A DNA stretch of 64,000 bases from Candidatus Omnitrophota bacterium (GTDB taxonomy: Bacteria; Omnitrophota; Gorgyraeia; Zapsychrales; Zapsychraceae). The translations under genes were made by a program, and so were the position numbers. Below are positions 57,374-64,000 of the stretch, one piece after another. The notes under the pieces were generated by a model. That model saw only the letters and a list, made by a program, of their open reading frames with translations, was not told the DNA's origin and did not search any database. Positions within the stretch are counted from its first letter, which is position 1. Every line of letters starts with the position of its first letter. Location of the stretch: assembly GCA_029261055.1 (NCBI GenBank), contig JAJDCA010000066.1:157-64156 (forward strand), given 5' to 3'.

Positions 57374-57462
57374 CAGGGCAAGCCCTGGACCCTATCAGTC
57401 GCAGCGAACTGCAGGGTATTAAACCCATTTAGAATTTCGTTAAAGCATCGAAATTCCTAAAT
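57374..57462 (+). promoter_or_regulatory. conserved leader element, copy C (more divergent), upstream of vapB
   Basis: cagggcaagccctgg..., then hairpin gaatttcg/cgaaattc (57432-57456), then ctaaatgaaaggagg. Confidence 0.35.
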
Positions 57463-57477
57463 GAAAGGAGGTTGACT

Positions 57478-57726
57478 ATGGCATCATTACAGATAAGAGA
57501 CATCCCTCTCAATATTGAAAAAAAACTAAAAAATGAAGCAAAAAAATATCATCGTAGTTTAACGCAACAGGCTATTGCGACATTAGAAAAAGGGTTAGGG
57601 TTTACAGAGCCTTCTAAAGAAAAACGCAAAAAAACTATTCAGAATTTATTAGATAATCCAATCGTAGAAGACACCTCTAAACTAAAGGATCATATTCCAT
57701 TAATTAGAGAGGACCGCAACCGATGA
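57478..57726 (+). CDS. ribbon-helix-helix antitoxin (VapB/FitA-like)
   Basis: MASLQIRDIPLNIEKKLKNEAKKYHRSLTQQAIATLEKGL is an Arc/MetJ-type RHH N-terminus. AAAGGAGG RBS. Overlaps the downstream PIN gene by ATGA. Confidence 0.65.
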   Translation: MASLQIRDIPLNIEKKLKNEAKKYHRSLTQQAIATLEKGLGFTEPSKEKRKKTIQNLLDNPIVEDTSKLKDHIPLIREDRNR

Positions 57727-58121
57727 TCATCGTCCTGGATCCCAGCGCAGCTATTGAAATTGTATTAAATAAGAAAAAAGCAAAAAATTTAATACCGCAC
57801 CTCGCGGCAGCAGATTGGGTAATTGCTCCACGATTATATGTTTCTGAAATCAACAATGTTTTCTGGAAATATTATGAATTCACACAACTTTCTAAAGAAG
57901 TTTGTGAAACAGCTATTGAAAAATCATTAGATTTAGTTGAAGAACTGTTTAATGAAAGTGATTTTTACCGGGAAGCCTTTGCGTTAGCCTGTTTAACACG
58001 CTCATCCGTGTATGATATGTTTTATCTCACCCTGGCCCGCCGAAACGATGCTCATCTTATGACTCTAGACACCAAACTTATGGCAACGGCGAAAAAACAA
58101 TCTATTAAATATTTTTTGTAA
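57723..58121 (+). CDS. vapC: PIN-domain toxin
   Basis: 132 aa. Acidic residues at PIN positions (IVLDPSA ... E ... D ... TLD). Confidence 0.75.
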   Translation: MIIVLDPSAAIEIVLNKKKAKNLIPHLAAADWVIAPRLYVSEINNVFWKYYEFTQLSKEVCETAIEKSLDLVEELFNESDFYREAFALACLTRSSVYDMFYLTLARRNDAHLMTLDTKLMATAKKQSIKYFL

Positions 58122-58181
58122 CTTTTTCCTCCCATCTGCGATAAATAAGTGTAGGATAAAACAGACAACCGGAGGGAAATA

Positions 58182-61100
58182 ATGAAAATAAAATATCTTG
58201 CAGTAGCTTGCTTATTACTCGTAGCTTTTACCACCTCACCACACTCCTTTGCCAATCCAATAGACATTGAACAATCCCTCACGCAGGCCAATCAATTCTG
58301 GCACGAAAAATCCTTTCGCCAGGCGGCTGAACATTATGCCAAATTCCTTACACAGACAGACCTTAATAAGGAAGAACAACGTGAAGTGGCGTTTAAATGG
58401 GCAGATGCGAGTTGGCGGACACAGGAAAATCGACGTTACGAAGAGGCGGTTGATGCCCTCAAAACACTGATTGAGTCTGATACAGACGACCGCTGGCGGG
58501 CTGAGGCCAATGAATCATTGGCTGAACATTATTTGCAAGTGGATCGTTGGACACATCAAGAAGACATCAAACAGTATTTCCAAAATGCCCGTGAATATTG
58601 GGCTTCTTCTAAAAATATTGAATTAGCCCGCAAACGTTTCATCAAGGTAAGTTTTACGTTTGGTGAATATCTACGCAACAATTGGGGCTGGCATTACAAT
58701 CAAATCCAACCCGTCAGCGCATTTCGTAAAACTCTTGAAACTATCCCAGATACGCCTCAATCCGGATTACATGTCCTTTATGAAGAAATACTTCAAGTTG
58801 CCACATCAGACGAAGACAAGGCCAAAGCCTATTACGCGCTGGCGATGAGTTATATGAACCAATATTATGGACAATATAAAGAAGATCTGGCTGAAAAGTA
58901 TTTCCAGAAAGTCATTGATGAATTTTCTAAAAGCGAATGGTTGGATGATGCCTATTATTATTTAGGCCAATACCATCAAAAAAACCAGGACTATGTTAAA
59001 GCCTTAAATCCTTATCAGGGATTAATACAAAGATTCAAACCGGGTGAATCCCAGTGGCTGGATAATGCCCGCAACCAAATCAAAAATATTACATCACCCA
59101 CCATTAACCTCAGCAACGGCTATACTTATCTTCCAGGATCGGAAATACTATTTTCACTCAATTGGCACAATGTATCGAAGGCAACCTTTACTATTTATAA
59201 AATGGATATTGTTAAGGAACTAGCATTGGATTTGAATAAACCGGCAGATAACCGCGAACGCGGGGTTGATAATTACCAAGACATCCTCAAACAAATCGTA
59301 GATTACCGCCGCTATCAAAGCTTTCCTAAAGTTTTATCCTGGCAAAAACCCCTTAAGAATGAAGGAAAACACAAACAACATAATGCCACCCAATCACTGG
59401 CCGACTGGCAAGCCGATGAAGGAGAAAAAGATATTGATCCAAAATCTGGCATTCTTGAACCCGGCGCGTATTTACTTTTAGTTAATGCGGCAGGTCAAAC
59501 GGCCTACGATTTAATTTTAGTGACCGAGACGGCTTTGATTTCTAAAACAGGGGGACACTCAGCCCTTTTCTTTACGATGGACAGCAAAACCGGTAAACCC
59601 AAGCCTGAAGCGACGATCAAATATCATTACCGTTATTACGACAGCAACCGTAATGATTGGTTGTGGGAAGAAGACCAGGGCGTCACCGACTCCAAAGGCT
59701 TACTGAAAATATCGCTGAAAAAAAACAACCCGCATCATTATGACAATCAGCATCAAATCTTTGCTACCGCCTCAGACGGTGTAATGCAAGCTTTTACGCA
59801 AAATAATTATTATAACTATTCGAATCAATCCAACCAATGGCACCTATACGCCCACACGGACCGCCCGGCGTATCGTCCGAATGAAAAGGTGTCCTTTAAA
59901 GCGACACTGCGGGGATACGATGATGAAGCATTTAACACGCCCTCCGGCAAAAAAGTTAAGGGCTGGATTCAGGATGCGCGGGGTCAGAAAGTCTTTGAAA
60001 AAACATTTATCCTGAATGATTTTGGTTCTCTTTATGACAGTTTCACTTTAGATGAAAAGGCTACCTTAGGCGAGTATATCCTTTATATCTATTCTGAAGA
60101 AGACAACGCATACTTGGCCCAATCCACCTTGTTCCGTTTGGAAGAATACAAACTACCGGAATTTTTGGTAAACATTAATCCCAAAGCTAAAGAAGGGCAA
60201 GAGGCGGCTGCTTATCAATTGGGCGACACGGTCAAAATCGAAGTTGCTGCTGAATATTATTTCGGCGGGCCGGTGGCTGAGGCAGAGGTAGAATATTTGG
60301 TCTATCAAAACCCCTATTATCATTATTACCGTCAACCGCGCGAATACGGTTGGTACTACGACGATATGTATCCGAATCCCCACAATTATTACAACCAAGG
60401 CCAGCTGTTGCATAAAGAAAAAATTAAAACAGATACCCACGGCAAGGCAATTTTTGAATTTCAAACACTGAAAAAAAGTGATTATGATTTAAGCTACCGT
60501 ATCGAAGTGCGCGTGGTCGATCAAAGTCGACGGGAAATTACAGCTAACCGAGAAATGAAAGTGACGCGTCAGGCCTTTTATGCCTATTTGACGCCCAAAA
60601 ATAATCTCTACCGTCCCGGTGACAAAGCTGAGATTGATATTAAAACCATCACCGCTAATAACGACCCGGTATCTGTTGACGGTAAAGTCACGGTATCACG
60701 TAATTGGTGGAAAAATCCGATTATTAAAAAAAGTACCGTCATAGAACAAGGCCGTTACGATGCGACAGAACTGTTTTCTAAATTTGTTAAAACCAATAAA
60801 AAAGGGGAAACCATCTTTTCCTTTGAACCGGGGCAAGATGGCTATTACATAATTGCCTTTACTGGATTTGATAACAAAGGTAAAGAAGTCAAAACACAAA
60901 CCAATATTTTTGTCTGTGACAAAGGAAGCCGGGATTTAGGCTACCGACACGGGGGCATCCAGATTATTGCCGAAAAAGATACCTACACAATTGGGGAAAC
61001 GGCCCGCGTGATGCTTACGGCGGACAAGCCGGATACCTGGGTATTATTTTCTGTGGAGGCGGACGAAATCTTTGATTACAATCTGTATCATTTAGATGGT

Positions 61101-64000
61101 GCCGTTAAGCTTTTAGAATTTCCTGTTCAAGAAAGCTTTACACCAAATATATTTCTAAACGCGATTTCTGGGCAAGACCACCAGTTGAAAAATCATACCC
61201 TAGCTCTGGTTGTACCTCCGGAAGAAAAATTTCTGAATATCAAGATCCAATCGGATAAGGAAGTCTATCGCCCACAGGAAGAAGGACACTTTGACGTTGA
61301 AGTCACCGACAGCCAGGGCCACCCGGTTTCAGGTGAAATGGCTTTAGGCATCGTGGATGCCAGTGTGTATTACATTCAACAAGATTATGCCGGCGACATC
61401 CGTCAATTTTTCTACGGTACCAAACGGCCGCATTCCGTGCAGACCAACGCGAGTTTTTATCAACGATCTTACGTGAAACTTGTCCGTGGGGATCAAAATC
61501 AAATAATAGATGAACGTATTACGCGTCAGGCTGGATTAACCGAAGCGAAAATATTTAGCGACTCTAGTGATACATTTGGTGGAGGACGTTTAGAACAGGA
61601 TAAATTTGCTCTACGCTCAATGAATGCCATTGCCCCAATGGGAGAAATGATTGATGCTTTAGAAAAAAAAGAAGGGAGGGGCTTTGCTAAATCTTCCCTG
61701 GCTTCCCCTGCAAAGAAAATGAAGTCCCGAAAAAATTTACCAGCATCTCAAGCCTCACCAGCACCAACCAAGGCGGGACTTGCCCAACCAGCTGTCCGTC
61801 AAGACTTCCGCTCCACGGTCTTCTGGCAACCGACGATTATCACGGATGAAGACGGCAAGGCGAGCGTCACAGTCAAATTTCCGGATTCCTTAACCACGTG
61901 GCGCACCACGGCACGTTCACTTACACGCGAGACCGCGGTGGGCACAGTGACTCACGAAAATAAAACCAGCAAAGATATCCTCGTACGCCTGCAGGCTCCG
62001 CGCTTTTTCACAGAACGCGACGAAGTCACCATTTCCGCCAACGTACACAATTACACCGATACCGAACAAAAAATTAAAGTGAACCTTAAAGCCGAAGGTC
62101 TGGATGTTCTTGGCGAAAAATCCCTTTGGGTGACCGTTGAAGCAAATGGAGAACAACGTGTGGATTGGGCCACCGTGGCCCAACAACAAGGTCAGGCCTC
62201 ATTAACAGTGATGGCCCAGGCGCAAGACGACGCCGATGCTGTCCTGCGTACGTACCCTATCATTCCACACGGCATTGAGAAATTTATCGCGCAATCAATC
62301 GTACTTAAAAGTAAAGAAGGCGAGGCTGTTAAAAACCAGTTCACACTCGATCTACCCAAAAAACGTATTAAAGAATCCACTTCGTTACAATTAACATTTT
62401 CTCCTTCACTAGCCGCCGCCTTGTTAGATGCCTTACCGTATTTAGCGGATTATCCGTACGGCTGTGTCGAACAAACAATGAGTCGATTCTTGCCAGCCGT
62501 GACTGTGAAAAAAACAATGAAGGACTTGGGTTTAACGGATACAGAAATTGCGACTTACTTAAACGATGTACTGGAACCCCGTCAAGACCCTGAACATCCA
62601 AAACGCCGCAAAGATGCCACACTGTCCAAACTCAATCAAATGACCAAAGCTAGCCTGGACCGTCTTTACGATTTTCAACACAGCGACGGCGGCTGGGGTT
62701 GGTGGAAAGAAGGGAGCAGCGACTGGTTTATGAGTGCCTACGTGGTGTGGGGATTGAGTCTCGCCAAAGAAGCCGGCATCAAGGTAAAAGGCAAAGTTTT
62801 AAACCGTGCTGTGGACTTCTTGCAAAAACAACTCGTGGAAGAAGAAAATCAACCCGATATGCTCGCCTGGATGTTGCACGCCCTTTCGGTCGCCAAATCA
62901 AAAAGTACATTTGAAAACAAACAAAGCCAACGGCTCTGGGAACAAAGGGAAAAACTTAATCCTTATACTCGCGCCTTATTTGCTTTGAGCGAACATTATC
63001 GCGGTTCGACCGAACACGCCGTGATTTTGGCCCGTAATCTGGCCAACGGCTTACACGAAGATAAAGATAACGGCACGGCCCACTGGGGTGAAGCCGGCAT
63101 TCACTACCGTTTTAGCGAAGGCGGGGTAGAGGCCACGGCCTTTGGCATTAAGGCATTGGCCAACATTCTTCCGGACAGTGAATATCTGGAACCCGCCGTC
63201 AAATGGCTGGCCTTAAACCGAAGAGGAGGCCACTGGAAAAATACACGAGATACGGCGATTGCCATTCTCGGCCTTTCCGATTATCTAAAAATTTCTAAAG
63301 AACTTGTCCCTAATTTTGACTACACGGTCACTGTCAACGGCAAGATTGCACAAAAAGGACACGTTGATCGCAGCAATATCTTCCAATTCAACCGTATTAT
63401 CACCTTGCCCAACGACGCCCTGAAAGATGGAACCAACACCGTTGACGTTAACATCAACGGCACAGGGGCCCTGTACGTTGCCGGTTACCTCAAATATTTC
63501 ACACTGGAAGAAAACATCACACCAGCCGGTAACGAAGTATTTGTCGAACGCAAATACTTTATCAACGACACCGCTGAAACCCTTTTAAAAGGCTACACCA
63601 CCGACTGGCGACCGCTTAAAGCTGGCGACACCGTCAAAAGCGGAGACCGCATCAAAGTCGAAATTACATTGGAAGCCAAGAACCACTACGAATACTTAAT
63701 TGTCGAAGACTACAAACCGGCGGGCCTTGAGGCTGTCGAACTCAAAAGCGGCACCGGTTACGCCCAACAGCTAGATCACAAAGGCAAAGAAACCGGCCGC
63801 ACAACCTGGCTTTACCAAGAATACCGCGACCAAAAAGCCGCCATCTTTATCGACAAACTCAAACAAGGCAAACACCGCATAGAATACGAACTAAGGGCTG
63901 AAATCCCCGGCCGCTTCCACGGCATGCCCAACCAGGTCCACGCAATGTACGTGCCGGAGATCCGGGCGAATAGTAGTGAAATGATTTTAACGGTAGGGGA
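58182..64000 (+). CDS. bacterial alpha-2-macroglobulin family protein (3' partial; runs past the window end)
   Basis: Signal peptide, N-terminal helical repeats, then a long beta-rich region. Thioester-region motif DYPYGCVEQTMSRFLP at ~62440-62490 (CxEQ), followed by DFQHSDGGWGWW (the thioester-containing domain). RBS GGAGGG. Confidence 0.75.
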   Translation, partial: MKIKYLAVACLLLVAFTTSPHSFANPIDIEQSLTQANQFWHEKSFRQAAEHYAKFLTQTDLNKEEQREVAFKWADASWRTQENRRYEEAVDALKTLIESDTDDRWRAEANESLAEHYLQVDRWTHQEDIKQYFQNAREYWASSKNIELARKRFIKVSFTFGEYLRNNWGWHYNQIQPVSAFRKTLETIPDTPQSGLHVLYEEILQVATSDEDKAKAYYALAMSYMNQYYGQYKEDLAEKYFQKVIDEFSKSEWLDDAYYYLGQYHQKNQDYVKALNPYQGLIQRFKPGESQWLDNARNQIKNITSPTINLSNGYTYLPGSEILFSLNWHNVSKATFTIYKMDIVKELALDLNKPADNRERGVDNYQDILKQIVDYRRYQSFPKVLSWQKPLKNEGKHKQHNATQSLADWQADEGEKDIDPKSGILEPGAYLLLVNAAGQTAYDLILVTETALISKTGGHSALFFTMDSKTGKPKPEATIKYHYRYYDSNRNDWLWEEDQGVTDSKGLLKISLKKNNPHHYDNQHQIFATASDGVMQAFTQNNYYNYSNQSNQWHLYAHTDRPAYRPNEKVSFKATLRGYDDEAFNTPSGKKVKGWIQDARGQKVFEKTFILNDFGSLYDSFTLDEKATLGEYILYIYSEEDNAYLAQSTLFRLEEYKLPEFLVNINPKAKEGQEAAAYQLGDTVKIEVAAEYYFGGPVAEAEVEYLVYQNPYYHYYRQPREYGWYYDDMYPNPHNYYNQGQLLHKEKIKTDTHGKAIFEFQTLKKSDYDLSYRIEVRVVDQSRREITANREMKVTRQAFYAYLTPKNNLYRPGDKAEIDIKTITANNDPVSVDGKVTVSRNWWKNPIIKKSTVIEQGRYDATELFSKFVKTNKKGETIFSFEPGQDGYYIIAFTGFDNKGKEVKTQTNIFVCDKGSRDLGYRHGGIQIIAEKDTYTIGETARVMLTADKPDTWVLFSVEADEIFDYNLYHLDGAVKLLEFPVQESFTPNIFLNAISGQDHQLKNHTLALVVPPEEKFLNIKIQSDKEVYRPQEEGHFDVEVTDSQGHPVSGEMALGIVDASVYYIQQDYAGDIRQFFYGTKRPHSVQTNASFYQRSYVKLVRGDQNQIIDERITRQAGLTEAKIFSDSSDTFGGGRLEQDKFALRSMNAIAPMGEMIDALEKKEGRGFAKSSLASPAKKMKSRKNLPASQASPAPTKAGLAQPAVRQDFRSTVFWQPTIITDEDGKASVTVKFPDSLTTWRTTARSLTRETAVGTVTHENKTSKDILVRLQAPRFFTERDEVTISANVHNYTDTEQKIKVNLKAEGLDVLGEKSLWVTVEANGEQRVDWATVAQQQGQASLTVMAQAQDDADAVLRTYPIIPHGIEKFIAQSIVLKSKEGEAVKNQFTLDLPKKRIKESTSLQLTFSPSLAAALLDALPYLADYPYGCVEQTMSRFLPAVTVKKTMKDLGLTDTEIATYLNDVLEPRQDPEHPKRRKDATLSKLNQMTKASLDRLYDFQHSDGGWGWWKEGSSDWFMSAYVVWGLSLAKEAGIKVKGKVLNRAVDFLQKQLVEEENQPDMLAWMLHALSVAKSKSTFENKQSQRLWEQREKLNPYTRALFALSEHYRGSTEHAVILARNLANGLHEDKDNGTAHWGEAGIHYRFSEGGVEATAFGIKALANILPDSEYLEPAVKWLALNRRGGHWKNTRDTAIAILGLSDYLKISKELVPNFDYTVTVNGKIAQKGHVDRSNIFQFNRIITLPNDALKDGTNTVDVNINGTGALYVAGYLKYFTLEENITPAGNEVFVERKYFINDTAETLLKGYTTDWRPLKAGDTVKSGDRIKVEITLEAKNHYEYLIVEDYKPAGLEAVELKSGTGYAQQLDHKGKETGRTTWLYQEYRDQKAAIFIDKLKQGKHRIEYELRAEIPGRFHGMPNQVHAMYVPEIRANSSEMILTVG

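Overview
This is an AT-rich window of about 64 kb from an apparently uncultivated bacterium. Every supportable gene lies on the + strand; the minus-strand ORFs in the track all sit inside plus-strand genes, most of them clearly mirror-frame shadows of real genes.

Ordinary content, in order along the window:
- the 3' end of a PKD-repeat protein, then xseA-xseB
- a sugar-phosphate isomerase and an AT-rich accessory-looking spacer (3.2-4.3 kb) holding two tiny ORFs and several palindromes
- a GT4 glycosyltransferase, a GH15 glucoamylase/trehalase-like hydrolase and a prolyl-4-hydroxylase-type 2OG oxygenase
- tRNA-Arg(TCG), then a complete glycine-cleavage operon (gcvT-H-PA-PB) ending in a lipoate/octanoyl-transferase
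- rplM-rpsI followed by a roughly 18.7-kb Arg/Lys/DAP/pantothenate supraoperon: argCJBDF, an AlbA_2/Schlafen-like regulator, a MORN-repeat secreted protein, argGH, lysA, dapFAB, dapL, folK, panC and an aspartate dehydrogenase-like gene
- a lysine-rich histone H1-like protein, a second MORN-repeat protein and an HD-GYP phosphodiesterase
- tRNA-Ser(CGA) with a GIY-YIG remnant beside it
- an IMPDH-family gene, guaA and dnaE
- a zeta-toxin-like P-loop kinase coupled to a 49-aa ORF, mscS, a 75-aa coupled ORF and rsmJ
- a degenerate cold-shock-domain-like gene behind a 320-nt leader, a metallophosphoesterase and a TrmH-family methyltransferase
- a second giant secreted protein, a vapBC (RHH-PIN) toxin-antitoxin pair and the 5' 1939 codons of a bacterial alpha-2-macroglobulin

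The most unusual content:
1. Two giant secreted proteins (1591 and 1135 aa) share a roughly 350-aa N-terminal domain I do not recognise and diverge completely afterwards.
2. Three families of window-specific palindromic intergenic repeats: GA-arm/CT-arm hairpin elements at three operon junctions, GACTGA-type palindromes at two junctions, and a GGGGCAAGCCTCG leader motif followed by a hairpin upstream of three small genes.
3. A 69-bp palindromic element inserted in frame inside the lipoate-ligase gene.
4. A near-identical 22-bp palindromic motif upstream of giant protein 1 and of the histone-like gene.
5. An apparent +1 frameshift truncating a MORN-repeat protein.
6. A toxin-first zeta-like module.
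7. Several lysine-rich basic proteins or extensions, including roughly 70 K-rich codons in frame ahead of guaA.

I found no CRISPR array and no riboswitch I could support.
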